64,000 bases of DNA from assembly GCA_964106915.2 (NCBI GenBank), contig OZ066922.1; one strand, written 5' to 3'. This document shows positions 37,346 to 50,721 of the stretch, one piece after another. The notes under the pieces were generated by a model. That model worked only from the letters and a program-made list of their open reading frames with translations. It did no database searches and had not been told where the DNA came from. Position 1 is the first letter of the stretch, and each line of letters begins with the position of its first letter. The position numbers were made by a program, and so were the translations under genes. This DNA comes from Podarcis gaigeae. Its lineage: Eukaryota.

Positions 37346-39842
37346 TGGGGCTATTTTTGACCTTGTCCTCTATGCATCTTGCATCTGTTTTTCTTTGGGT
37401 TGTTGTTAATTTTGTTTGGCTAATATTGCAGTCCAAGACACTTTCTGGGAAATTAGTCTTCTTGAACTCTGTGTGATTTATTTTTGAGTAAATATGCTCC
37501 ATATTTCCCATGTGTTTACTAACAGAGTACTCTTAACCTCCTGATCCCTGCTCCTGGGCAGAGTTGAGGTATGATGGAGGTGTCTTTCCACTGACCTCTA
37601 GTGGTGGTAGATTGGGCTCCAATATTACAGAGCTTCCTGGACTGGAGCTGACACAGCACATATACCAGCTTACCCTGCCTGGGGTAAGTGGCAAGGCTAA
37701 TAGTATGTCAACTGATCTGCTGCTCTGCTCTCTCCAGCCAGGGTTTAGGATATCTCTGCCTGTCTTAGGGTAAACTCTTGGGGGAGTGGTAGACCTGATG
37801 GCAGGGTATAAATTGATAGACACATAAATAAGTACCTACATTTATGATCATCTGGCCTTCAAAATACTAAAAACTTGGAGTTGGAAGGAGGGAACCATCA
37901 TCTGCTAGGAATATATATATTAGTTCACTTTTAAATTTATTATGTGTGAGTACACCTGTTCACAACTCAGTATGATGGGTTTCATATACAGAAAAAGAAA
38001 ACCTGGCCAAGTAGACGAGGCTTAAGACAAATACTACTCCTTTACAACTGATTTGCTTCACTGATTATCATGGAGGATGGAATTTAGAGTGCTCTGCAGT
38101 CTCTTTCTAGAAACTGCTCTATTAGCATGCCCGTGCATAGGCTTACACTTAAGGAAACTTGCTTGTCCATGAAGACACAGATACAAGCCTTGGACCCAAC
38201 CCCAGTGCAAAAACAACTGTGAGCAAAACAACATGTGAAAGTCACTGATAAGGTTGGAGCAGGACAAGCAATGTTCCTGTAGTATAGCATACCAAGCACT
38301 ATTTCAATAGTCCTGAAGCTTCTTCCTTGGTGCTCATATTTTGATGTTACTGTAGAGACAGACCATTCTATTAACACTTAAAAAAAAAAATCTTAATGTT
38401 TAATATAATCAGGTAGCTTTTGTTTTACACATCTTAATTTGCAGTAACGGAGTCACATGTGAGCAGGCCAAATCATATGTGATATAACCTGTTCCTTCCC
38501 TTGCTTTTTTCCACTTATTGTTATAAAGATTGAGAAGTGTTATTATTAGGCTGTTTCTTGGTGTAAAGTATAGAAAGTATAATCATTAATAAACTTGTGT
38601 GAGAAATAAAGGGCAGAGTAATCCTATGGAGGTCAGGGAGAGGCAGTTCCTAAACCTTTCTGGTCTTGCACTGGTCAAGGCAGAAGGTGAGGGTTGGCTT
38701 ATCTTCAGTGGAAGGGAAAATAACAAGCACCAGCTCCAGGGCCACTGCAGCTTTTCATCCCATGTTGGAGATGCCAGGGAAATGGGGTGGATTTAGATTC
38801 TGTGGATCCACCCTCAGCACTCCTCTTTTCATTGTCTTCTGCCATCAGAGCAACGATGGTGGAGTTTTCCACCACTGCAAGAAAGAGGCCCATGGCAGTG
38901 AAACTCCTCTGTCCAAGAACTCCATTTCTACCACTGGATGGTGAGGTTCGTAGCTTCAAGTGCACCCTCAGCCGTTCTGTCTGGGAGCTTAAAATAGCTG
39001 CCTTGATTAGGCTTGTTTCTGGCATGCTATACAGATAATCTATTTGTTATTTCTGTTAATCTTTGAAAATGCAAACATTGCTGAGCAGACAACCAGTGTG
39101 GAGGCTCCCAGTTTCAAATGCCAGCAAACTTCCATTAAAACATTATGGGGCAAGTTATACTCTTAGTTATTTTAAGTATATTCATTGATTCTGTTATAAT
39201 ACGATCCTTTGGAAGCCAAAACATTTGGGTCCTATGGCCAATGTGAGCAATTATATTATATTACTTTGCTTTGGAATGTTATGAGCATTTAGAAGAACTT
39301 CTGTTCAAATGCCTGCAACTATTTGCCCTGCTTATCCCTGATCCCTTCCCAAGGGCCCACTAACCGACTTAAATTAGTTTCCACCAAGGGCGTCTTGCAG
39401 GGGAGATGCATTTTGAGCAATTAGATGCAGTGTTTGCCAAATATCAACCCCGCTTTGGGGTGCATGTAAAGATGCTTATGCATTCATATTTCTTATTTAC
39501 ACCGTCAGTTTCAATATTCTGTTTTATTTTCTTTGGAATGTATAGGTCACCTAGTCCAACAAAGCCCTACACTAGGAATGTGGCACTCCAGGTCTTTCTG
39601 CCTGGTGCCTGGGACTCTGCTCAAGTCCCATCCACTCCCTAGTCTGCACCACTCACTAAATATAAAAATATCAGGCTACACTTATCAGAGCAGTTGCACA
39701 TTGCATTAGAGCCCAGGAAATGTGAACTTTTTTCTGTGTTGCCCAGTCCAGACCACACAGTACTTTTCTAAAATCTCATTAATTAATTGTTAACCACCAA
39801 GAATTCAGGCTCTGGAATCAGTTGCACGTTTACCTCTTCTCT

Positions 39843-40038
39843 TACAGATAGGTAGCCGTGTTGGTCTGCCATAGTCAAAACAAAAAAATTCCTTCCAGTA
39901 GCACCTTAAAGACCAACTTAAGTTAGTTCTTGTTATGAGCTTTCGTGTGTATCTGAAGAAGTGTGCATGCACACGAAAGCTCATACCAAGAACTAACTTA
40001 GTTGGTCTTTAAGGTGCTACTGGAAGGAATTTTTTTGT
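39843..40038. mobile_element. Penelope-like element remnant (inverted pLTR arrangement) carrying a minimal hammerhead ribozyme motif
   Basis: ~72-bp inverted arms (39877-39949 vs 39970-40041). GGTAGCCGTGTTGGTCTG / GCACCTTAAAGAC / CTGAAGAAG..CACGAAAGCTCAT motifs typical of reptile Penelope ends (from recall). 14-bp TSD with 1 mismatch: TTTACCTCTTCTCT 39829-39842 vs TTTACGTCTTCTCT 40039-40052. Confidence 0.75.
39949..39986 (+). ncRNA. Minimal type I hammerhead ribozyme motif
   Basis: Stem I GUAU(39949-52)/AUAC(39983-86); core CUGAAGA (39953-59); extra A; stem II GUGUG-CAUG-CACAC; GAAA (39975-78); palindromic AGCU in place of stem III; predicted cleavage after C39982. Confidence 0.6.
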
Positions 40039-42085
40039 TTTACGTCTTCTCTGTCATTCATGAACCCTTGTGAAACATCCATTATCAGTTTTTGGTTGCA
40101 ACACCCTAATTGTTCCTCTCACCAACTTATTCTTTATGATTATTATTTATTTACAGAGCATACCACTGTACATTGAAGTTACAGAATTAGAAAAGAGTTA
40201 GATAATTATATAACATGTGACAGGTTCCTGCCACAAAAGGGTTTACAACTTAGAATAAATCCTTTTGTATTTCCTATACAATAACTTACACAAACATGTA
40301 CACACACCAGGTTTTACCTAAAATAGCATTTCCAACTTACATCATTTCTAGGTTGCCATATCTTTATTAGCTTTCAGAAGTTTGGTACCTAGGGCTTTCC
40401 CTGTCATTATGCAAAAAACCTGCTGAAACAGTACTTCCTGACTCATACTCTTTTGCCACAGGAGTACCCCCTGGTGGCCATTCAAGACATAATGGCTGCA
40501 TTTGAGATGCATCTTAGAGCAGAATATGGTTTTGGGAAACACTATTACTAATTGTTACACCAGTGTTTCTTATAGTAGATGTATGCAGTGCAGATGTCGT
40601 ATATGTTTGCATCTTAAAACTCTCATCTACACATACCTGGGAACAGGATAGTGGACCAGATAGACTCTTGGTCTGATCCAGCACGGTGGTTCTTACATCC
40701 TTAAATCTAGCTGTTGGGAGGGTTTTTGTCATAAGCTTTCTTATGTACTATATTTGTGATTCCACCCCCCCCCCAAAAAAAGTATCCTGTAAAAAAGCAG
40801 GACACTGCTTAATAACTCCAGACACCTCTGTACACATTTCAGAATGAAATTCCCTCTTGTTTTTTGGCTAAATATTCAACAGATATTTTGGCTTTATCCT
40901 TGATTTGTGTCATAGTGTAACTTTTTTACTCGTTTCATCATTCTGGAATGTAGCAGTTACAAGAGAAGTTGCTGTTTTGGTTCCAGAGAAGGGGGAGGGC
41001 AGAGAGAGAGAGAGAGATCCAAAACTGTTTGGATAGTTAGTTTTATTGGATCAACTGTGTTGCTAGATTGCTAGGAACCTCTACTGCATTGCACTGTGTT
41101 TCTTTGTCCAAGAAGATATAGCACAGCACAGCACAGCACAATGCAGTGGTGGCTGCCAATTCTGGCTTTCTTTCCAACTGTTGGCCAAATGTGTGTGTAA
41201 CAGAAAGAGAGAGAGAGCTGCAAGCACAGCCATGATAGTGCTGTGCAGCGTTTATCTTGGAAGAAAGCACAGCAAAGTACTATGGTGGTTGCCAGTTTGG
41301 CTTGAAAGGGCAATGTTAGGCTCCCAAAATAGGTATCAGGTGCAGTGGGTCCAATGCAGTTAGCCGGTGGCAATTGGCTAAAGAAGGCGAAATAGTTCAG
41401 AACAATGAAGCTAATATGCCTTAGTAGCAAGGTTGTTCTGTAATATTTCACTTATGCCAGTGTGGATAGTTTGCTAATTGTTGAAATTCAAAGGTATCTC
41501 TGTGTTTACAACTGAAAACTATCATAACATAAAATGGTATCCTTATTAACACAATTTCCATGTGCTATATCATGTCAGCAGTTTTTAATACTGTAGGTAT
41601 TAAGTTAATTAATTAAATTAATTAAACTATTAATTAATATAGTAATTACTGTTACAGGGTTCTCTGTTTTGCTATCCCTGCCCCATGTTGTGTTGGATAT
41701 AGTGTAATGGGTAATGTGTGTTTTTTGCTGTTACAAGACTGCCTAACTTATAACCAACAAGTCAAACACAGCCCATTAGTTGCTGTAGTTGTTACAGAAA
41801 GCAACACAGTTGAACTTAATTTATGACTGAAGCCAATATTAAAGCTACTGTGTGATAATTTAGTCTCCCTCAATTTTTGGAATCATGTCCTCTTGTTCTG
41901 CAGCCACTTGTAATATGCATCATTGTTGTTGATGCACAGCTGCAAGGATGACTCCCTGAATAGATTAAGAAACAGAGCAAGGTATGAATCAGAAATGGAT
42001 GGTCAAGGGCATAAGAACCCCAACAGGAGTGCATACATCTTTTGTGTCATGATTGGGTTTGCTCAGGGAGGTGCAGTGTTTCTCT

Positions 42086-42370
42086 AGCCAGCATGGTGTA
42101 GTGGTTTAGAGCGGTGGACGCGTAATCTGGTGAACTGGGTTCGCTTCCCCACTCCTCCATATGCAGCTGCTGGGTGACCTTGGGCTAGTCACACTTCTCT
42201 GAAGTCTCTTGGCCTCACTCACCTCACAGAGTGTTTGTTGTGGGGGAGGAAGGGAAAGGAGAATGTTAGCCGCTTTGAGACTCCTGAAAGGGAGTGAAAG
42301 GCGGGATATCAAGTCCAAACTCCTCCTCCTCCTCCTCTTCTTCTTCTTCTTCTTCTTCTTCTTCTTCTTC
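42086..42370 (+). mobile_element. tRNA-derived SINE with (CTT)n tail (Squam3-like)
   Basis: A box TGGTGTAGTGG, B-box-like GGTTCGCTTCC, CORE-like GGGTGACCTTGGGCTAGTCAC, L2-like end (CGCTTTGAG...GGCGGGATAT), and a (CCT)n(CTT)n tail. Confidence 0.8.
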
Positions 42371-45300
42371 TATACTTCTGTTGCAGACTGACAATTATTC
42401 TCAGACGTATGCATCTAGTGCTCACGATTACAAAGAAGGTTTGAAAATATAGAAATACTGGATTTGCCTTATACCAAATCAGACCATTGGTCTGTCTAGC
42501 TCAGTGTTGGCAGCATCTTTCTAGGATTGTAGACAGGTGTGTTGTTGTTTTTACACCTACCTAGAATCTACTGAGTCTGAGCTTTTGAGTGCAAAGCAAC
42601 TAATAGTAATGTATGTGGTGGAGCACAAAGCTTCCATCTTAACATTGGCATCACTTCTACTTCCACAGATGTGGCTGGGTGCACTGTTGGGAATGCCAGA
42701 CTGGTGGCAGCATTCATGCTGTTATACTGACATGGTCCCTATCTCCTTGCCACACTGCCCCAGCCCTGTCCAGTTAAGCACTTTAACTTCTTAATTTTGC
42801 AGAATGTAAATTTATATATATGCGTATACAATGATTTTCATTATTTAGTGGAAATGTCAATGAACTGACCGGTACCTGAAATGTATTCTTCTGCCTGGGC
42901 ATTAGGATCATTGGCAGAGGCCCTCTTATCTGTCCCAAACTCCTCTTTCACTGGAGGAAGGGACAGAGCCTTTTATGGATTCTGAGTTATATCTAGGCTC
43001 TAGAGCATCTTGCCCAGGGAGTGTCATCTTGTGCCATCCACGATGACTTTCCACCATAGTATAAAAGTCTTCCTTTCTAAGAAGGCCTTCAGTTGTGTGA
43101 GTAGGGGAAGGGGAACCTGTAGCCCTTCAGAGATACTCATGACATAAAGTTCACTGGGTGGCTTACAATAAATAAGGTTGCTGATTACAGCTTCAATCAT
43201 CCCTGATGTTAGGCCATGCTGGCTGGGGCTGATGTAGCCCAACAATATCTAGAAAATCACAGCTGTGATAGAATAGCCAGACTTCTTTTGCTTTTACTGT
43301 GACTCTCCAGTGTTTTAGTAGCTTATATAATTTCTGTTATTTTATTTCTATTTAGCTGCCTTGGATTTTTTTAAATGAAAGCTGGGATAGAAATGTTTAA
43401 ATAAATAGTCATTTTTAGCTTTGCTCAAATGGTTAAAAAGAATGTGTGACATTCCAGCCCTTTGTGATTTTTTTTTTTTTACCACATTAATGGAAATTTG
43501 ATGTGTAAATTAATTGCATCCCCCCAACTGAGGATACTTTTCTAGTATGGTTCTCTGAGCTGAACAGGTTGCATACACCAACCCAGATGTTCAATATAAA
43601 TAAAAGTTGCTTTGAAATGTTATGATTTTAAGTTCCTTTATATCACATTGTATATGTTTTGTCAGCTGACTGTTTATACTTAGCAGTACTGTGTACTTCT
43701 AAAACAACTGAAATATAGCTCAGACAAGCAGTTCCTTGCAGCTTTGATAGACATTTTGCCTTGAACTGGAAGTTCCGAAAACTGCAGTGGAAAGTAAAGC
43801 CTATATCAGCTTTTCCCAAAGACATTTTTTCCATAACAGCCATTTGTGACTATAGTGCTCCTAAAACTAGAACAGAATTTATAAAACAGGTTTTTATAAA
43901 TTTTTAACTTTAATTAATTATCCTTTGTCTCAACAGATGTGAAAAATAAGAGGTAGAATTGAACTTAGTACATTAGTTTTGAGAATTTGTTGTTTTTTTC
44001 TTAAGCAATAAGTCTTTGTCAATAAATTATAATCTTAAATTGCTGGAGTGTGGGTAGAATGAGATTTTAGTGATGTATGTAAGCTTAGAGCTATGTAGTT
44101 CTGACTTTCCCCCTTGCTGTAAACTCACTGGTTGACCCTCATCCTGAATATTGTATCTTGTTATTGACATATTGGATATCATGAACTGAAATTAAAGCAG
44201 AAAGGTGGGGGGTGTTAATAAGAAAACCTTTCTCACAAGGAGTTTGGTAAGCCAATTCTTCCTTGGGCTGTGTGCTTTACCCAGGGACACAGATCTGTCC
44301 TCTCATAAAGACATAGAAACTCTCATTTTTTCACATGTGCTTATGCATAAGATATACGTTTTCTATGTGCCCTTCAAAAATTAACATGTGGCATGATTTT
44401 GACTTACAGAGGGTAGCTGTAAGTGCTTTTGATTGTGGCTGGCAGACTTCCTTGCTTTGTTGAGAAGCTTTCACCTTTTTTAAGAAACCTATGAATCTTG
44501 ACACTGTCATTGCACCATTGAAAACCCACCTCATTAAATATACAGCTAGTTTTACCATGTAGTACATCATGTTCACAAACTTTGGATAGGGTTGTTCATT
44601 CTGAGTTCCTTGTGGGTGTTTTAAATATCTCTTACGAGCGTATTCAAGGTTTCAAAAAGATAAATATATCATGTCTGTACAGACCAAAAATTCATACTCC
44701 ACACAAAGGAATTTTAAATGGAGAGAGCTATTCACATTATAAGAGTTTGTGAACATGAAACCTAAAACTATCTATAATATGTCTCTTGTTTTCTTTCAGC
44801 TCCTATAAATAACTGGAGATACAGAAATCCAGTTCAACAGCCTGAAAATAGAGTGAACTAATTATTTCCAGATATGGGATGAAATGTCTGGAATTTTAAT
44901 GTAGATTTCTGTCATCCTATGGAACTCTGCTTTGTCACAAGGAAGATAAGATACTGACATAGATATCATTTCTTAATGACACTCATTCGTTTTGGCAGTG
45001 AATATCTTATTTCTAATTATTTTTTAAAATAATTATTATGAAAATTGCACTAATTCTGGACATAGCCACCCAAACCTGGCAGAATTATGGACATCTCTCT
45101 CTTTCTCTTTTTTAAGAAAAGGGAGAAGAAAAATTGTCCCACCATTAGGTGTTCCAGAGGGAGCCTCTTTAGCTACCCATTAGTTTCCCCATTGGGAAAT
45201 GCTTTCCAGGAAGTGTGGCAGCCAGTGAGGCTACAGAGATCTATGCAAGGGGTGAGTGGGGGCATATTGTTGTTGTTAAAAGAAGAACACACCCCTCACC

Positions 45301-48300
45301 TACCTTTCATCATCAATAAAAGGTAAATGCCATACCAAATCCATTCATCTGAGAATTTCTCTCATTCTTTCTCCCACTCCACCCCCACCTTTCTAAAGAG
45401 ATAGAAAAACAGCCTATTCTTTTACTAGGGATAGATGGAGAAGAGCTTCCAAAAATCAGAAAAAAGCAACCCACTCTTTTGTTATTTAGTACCTCTGCCT
45501 GCCTTCTTTAAGAGCTCGATGCTTTCTCCTAGCTAAAAATGATCCCCCTCAGACATTCTGTAGAGATTTATTCTATTGCTTCTCCCTGTTCTTCTATAAC
45601 ATTGTTTAGGAATCTTTTCTTTGCCCTTTAATGGAAGGAAGGTTAGAAGTCTATATGAAAAATTCTGTTCTCATTTAGTTATGGTGAAAATAATAACAGT
45701 CTAGCATTCTATTTGATCTCTGAATTGCAAATTTTGGAAAAATATTCACAAATGGAATACACAGGCACATCAGATATAATCATGGGACTATATCAAACAT
45801 CAAGCACTTTCTAAGAAGTGCGTAAGTGATGTGATTTTTATTGCATGTTTTAAAAACATTTTAAAATGATCCTTTTGTTTTCATATTTCATGTTGTTCTG
45901 AATGCTTGTTCTCAGAAATTTTTAAACAACTAAGGTAGTTTAAGGTATTGATTATCCTGTTAAAACCCTTTAGCCAAATTACCATTTTAATCTCTCCATC
46001 TCATTTAAGCCTCACCAAAACTATAAGCGAGCACTTTGCCAGAAGCCTTTTCCCCAATCCCTTTACTGACTTATAGAAGTGCAGGTGGGTCTTCCTATAC
46101 TACCCTAGGAATCTTGTCTGTTCAACCTAAGCCAAATGATTCAGCCATATTCAACAAGTCTTCAGCCACCAAGCCAATCCATCTGCCTCTCTAGTCTTCC
46201 TTTTTCTTTAACAAACCTCTTCCTTCGATGTTGTCTTCTGGCCAACTCCACAAACGCCAAGCACCAACAACCCTAACTCTCCCTCTGCTGACCAGCACTC
46301 AGCTGTTACATAAACTTATTCTGGCTCTTCTACTCCAGTCCCAGCCAATCATGCTATCCGACTGAAAATTCTAAACCTGCACCCATCAATCAAAATATGC
46401 ATACACCAGACCTTCCACACAACTGTCAGTTAAGGCCCCAGGTAACAGTTAAACAAACTTTTACCAGACCAGACATAAAACTTCCCATATCAAATACACT
46501 GCAATGCACATTGCAATAGTGTTTTCAGTTTTGGGAGTGGTTAGGGCCCAATCAGTTCTGAGTACAGGTACAAGTCCTCTGCATCAGGATCCACATAAGT
46601 TTCTCTTTCTCTCTTCTCCTGCATATCAACCCATGTCATTGCAGGGAATGAAATGTCTATGAACACCAATATCCATCTAACTGTCCCTCTCTCTACTCTA
46701 CAAGTTACTTCTGCTCTGGAGCACAAATAATTTGCATGGCAGAGGGATGAGGGGCTTCCATTCCTAGAAGCTGTCTCTTACATACATTGGTCAATGGACA
46801 GCCCAGGCAACAGGATTCTATTGAGTCCTAGGGGAATCCTCTATATACAGGTATTGTATAGCCTCTTAATATTTATACATAAAAATATACATAATTATAC
46901 ATAATTATAATTGATCAAAGCATTTCATATGAATTATCACAGTAAACTTGCAACACTCTTGTAAGATTGCTTAATTTTATTCTTTCTTATAAAGTAGAGC
47001 CTGTGAGACATGATGAAGCACAACCAGAAAGTTCATGGTAGACCTGAGATTCACACTAGAAGCTTCCATCTCATAGCACAGGCCCCTTAGCACTCACCAG
47101 CTCTCATACAATGATGCACTGGATGTTTCGGTATTGATCCACTGCTGAAACCCGATGCATGCAATTTCAGATCAAGAAATTGTCTCTTCAGAGACATAAT
47201 TATGAACTTTTGTATCAAAATTAATTCTTTGTATATGGTGGGAGAATTTATATTTACTTTGTATTTAATTGAACACCTAGAAGTGTATTATGTTGATTCT
47301 GATAAGATTCCGTTTGGATTATTATCAGTTAGCACTAGTAGACACATCAATGGCACAAGACAACTGAAGAAGCCCAGAAAACTATACTCAGGGAGTGTGC
47401 CATCCACCAGCCCCAACAAATTGGTCCCACCGGGGGCAAAACAGCAGCCTCTCAACTGCACAGACTGCTAGGGTGAAACAGGGATAGAATGCTGACACCC
47501 TGTCTTCTTTATTACTTCATACGCTGCTTCATTAGCACCTCACAGCTACCGGGAACAACGCTGAACTTACCCTTTTCTTGAACCTTCTTGAACTTATTTA
47601 AAAAACAAGAAAAAATGAAAAACTGAGTCAATAATTTGTAAGAACCTAGTAAAATCTGAAATTGCAAGTTCACTTTATTTTAGGCAGTTTGTAAATTTTC
47701 ATGGCACTTATTTGATAAATGGTGCCAAATTATTTTTGAACAACTGTGTGAATGCTTGTCGCCAACGTGCTGTATGAGTTGCACTATCTTTATTAACAGC
47801 ACAGGTTGCACATTTCTAAAAATTCCTGAATAAGCTAAGCAAAGCAAATAAGCTAAGCAAAGAGAACAAGTGCTATGTTACATTTACTATAGACATCATT
47901 TTTGCGGCACCCATAATCTATTTTGGCATTTCATAACAGCCATGGTAGCTAGAATTCCTGGACTCATTATGTATGCCAAGCAAATGTCAGGAGGCAGGTG
48001 GCATAAATCTAATATACTAGTTGACTCAAATCTGTTTTCATGGTAATAGAGACTTCCTTTTTTCTTTGTCAAAATATTTTGAGTAATGGCTATATCTGAT
48101 TGTTGTGGAAAGAAAGGAAAATATTGGTGCATTGCAGTTTTGATGTTATAAACTATTAAAGAAATATATTTTGATCTTCAAAATGTTACATTGTGGCTAA
48201 CTACTAAGTTGCATTTTTAAAATACATTTGTGTCCATATGTATTTCATTTCCTCTCTCCCTTGCATTTATTTATTTTATCTATCAAAAAACACTAAATCT

Positions 48301-49562
48301 AATCCCTTTTGACATGATAATTAATTGCTCCATTTTCAAGTTCACTTTCATTTTTTTGAGAGGGGTACATTGCATCTATGCAAAGTATTTTCATCAAAAT
48401 AAACTCAATAAGGGAAATTAGAACAGGTTTGTGGAAGTGACATTCACAGCAACAAGAAGTCTTAGTCATATGGAAATACAATAGAAATGTATGTAGTTTA
48501 GCAAATTAGATATTATTTAATATTAGTTTGCATGTAATAATAAACTATGGCTTAGCATACATGCAAGGTTTTCCAAACTTATGTGCTCCCCCCCCTCCTT
48601 TCCTCTGGTACTGCTGCAAGAAGATAGGAAGCTTTTGCTTCTGTCTTCAACTAACTGCAGTTACTCTTTGTGTCTGATAAACTCTGCTTTGTCTTAACTA
48701 TAGTTCAAGGCATCATTCACCAACCAGGTGCACTCCACCTATGCTGGATGGGAGCTGTAGTCCCAAATATCTGGAGGACATCAGGCTGGTGAAGGTTTAG
48801 GGAAGGAAGGAAGCCAACTTCAAACCATAATTCATGATCGACTTGTTTCCTTAAATCATGGTTAGCTAAACTGTGGCCCTCCAAGTACTGCTAGATTGCA
48901 ACTTCCATCACACGAGGCCATTAGCCATGATGGCTGTGGCTAATGAGACAGCATCTGGAATGCCACAGGTTCACAACCTCTGCCCTAAACTGTAGTGAAC
49001 ACTCAGTTAACACTCTCTGTTAACACTCTCAGTTTCCACAATAAACAACAAAAGCAAAAACTTAAATATCCTTCCCGCATCTGTGTTGGAGTAGGAAAGC
49101 CTACAAAAGGTTTACTCAGCTCATTCCTATAGTGTCAAATGGTGGTTTAGCATTATGTTCAAAAGTTACCCTGTTATATTTACAGAATACATAAAATACA
49201 CAGTCTTGTACAAGGAGGTCTTACAATTGGCATAAGATGAATAAAACAGAGTGCATTCAGACAGAAAAGGAAAGCTTGAATGCAAATGTTTCTGTAGTTC
49301 AGAGAGTTAAGAATGAACCGTAAGCTCAAGTGATTCATATCTGTTTCTGCTTCTTCTCAACTTCACACACATGAAGGTGTATTCAGCCTATATCTTGGTT
49401 GGAACTCCCTCACTTTGGGTCCCTCGGTGCTCTTTCCAGTCTCGTTTAAGGACATATTTATTCACTCAAGCCTTTGGAGGAAGTTGAAACATCAGAGTAT
49501 ATTGTTTTTCGAGTTTCTGAGGTTAGACTCTCTGGATTAGATTAATTTAACTTAATTCCCCC

Positions 49563-49565
<3 letters not shown>

Positions 49566-49608
<43 letters not shown>
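49566..49608. repeat. (AT)n microsatellite
   Basis: About 21 perfect AT units. Confidence 0.95.
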
Positions 49609-49610
<2 letters not shown>

Positions 49611-49769
49611 CAGCTTATATTATCTGAAGATTTTGAAGTGATTTGCAATCATAAAAATATAAGTACAATAAAAACTATGTCAAATTATTTACATAAGAAA
49701 AAACACAAACACAGCAGCAATATCCCTATACATAAAAACAATATCAAACAAGGTCAGAGAGCATTACAA

Positions 49770-50152
49770 GGCCCATGGGTGGCACTGTGATCTAAACCAC
49801 TGAGATTTTTGGACTTGCTAATCAGAAGGTTGGTGGTTCAAATCCCTGTGACGGGGTGAGCTTCCATTGCTCTGTCCCAGCTTCTGCCAACCTAGCAGTT
49901 TGAAAGCACACCAGTGCAAGTAGATAAATAGGCACTGCTGCTGCAGGAAGGTAAATGGTGTTTACATGCGCTTTGACTTCTGTCGCGGTGTTCCATTGCA
50001 CCAGAAACGGTTTAGTCATGCTGGCCACACAACCCGGAAAGCTGTCTGTAGACAAACGCCGGCTCCCTTGGCCTGAAGCAAGATGAGCGCCGCAACCCCA
50101 TAGTTGCCTTTGACTGGAATTAACTGTCCAGGGGCCCTTTACCTTTAACCTT
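49770..50152 (+). mobile_element. Sauria SINE, older subfamily, full length
   Basis: Head GGTGGCACTGTG...GGTTCAAATCC, core GCCAACCTAGCAGTT, tail CCTTTACCTTT; many CpG-decay changes. Confidence 0.88.
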
Positions 50153-50605
50153 TTACAAAGGCAGTATGAAATTACAATCAAACACATTATTCATACAATT
50201 ACTCATACAATCTTACTATCCATCCCACACAACTACTACAGTCATTCACTACCTCAGATACTACCTATTCACACATAAACCATTCATACTCAACAGGATT
50301 ACAACCCACATACAAAGGATTGCTGCCAAGCATATAGATGCAAGTTTTTCTCCCCATCTGTAAAACACTAATGGGCTCATGCCCCATACCCACTGGGCCA
50401 TCTAATACTCCTCTCCTATCTCTTACTTGAGAGTGGCCCAGTTCTGTACCAGAGCAGTATTTCACCCTGGGGGGTATCAAACTACTTGTATCCATTCAGT
50501 TCCAGGTACATAAGCACAACATGGTACTGCACAACCATTTGCTTATTTAGCAGTGCAATGAGCGAATTGGCCTGCTCCATCTTATAGTCCATTGAATACC
50601 TGCCA

Positions 50606-50721
50606 GTTAGCTCAGTTGGTTGGAGTGTGGTGCTTATGATGCCGGCCAACTAAATATTCCTGCATTGCAGGGGATTGGACTAGATGATCCTCAGGGCACC
50701 TTTCAGCTCTGTGATTCTATG
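50606..50721 (+). mobile_element. Deleted tRNA-head SINE with CR1-type 3' tail
   Basis: TAGCTCAGTTGGTT A-box head joined to GGATTGGACTAGATGATCC...GATTCTATGA (CR1 3' end). Confidence 0.6.

Noticed and set aside
39877-40041. Long hairpin as a microRNA gene or CRISPR-like repeat
   Set aside because: TSD and Penelope-type motifs explain it as a mobile-element insertion; no repeat-spacer array, and the DNA is vertebrate.
45940-46500. C/A-skewed segment that might be an LTR on the minus strand
   Set aside because: Could not define termini, TSD or a second copy from the sequence.
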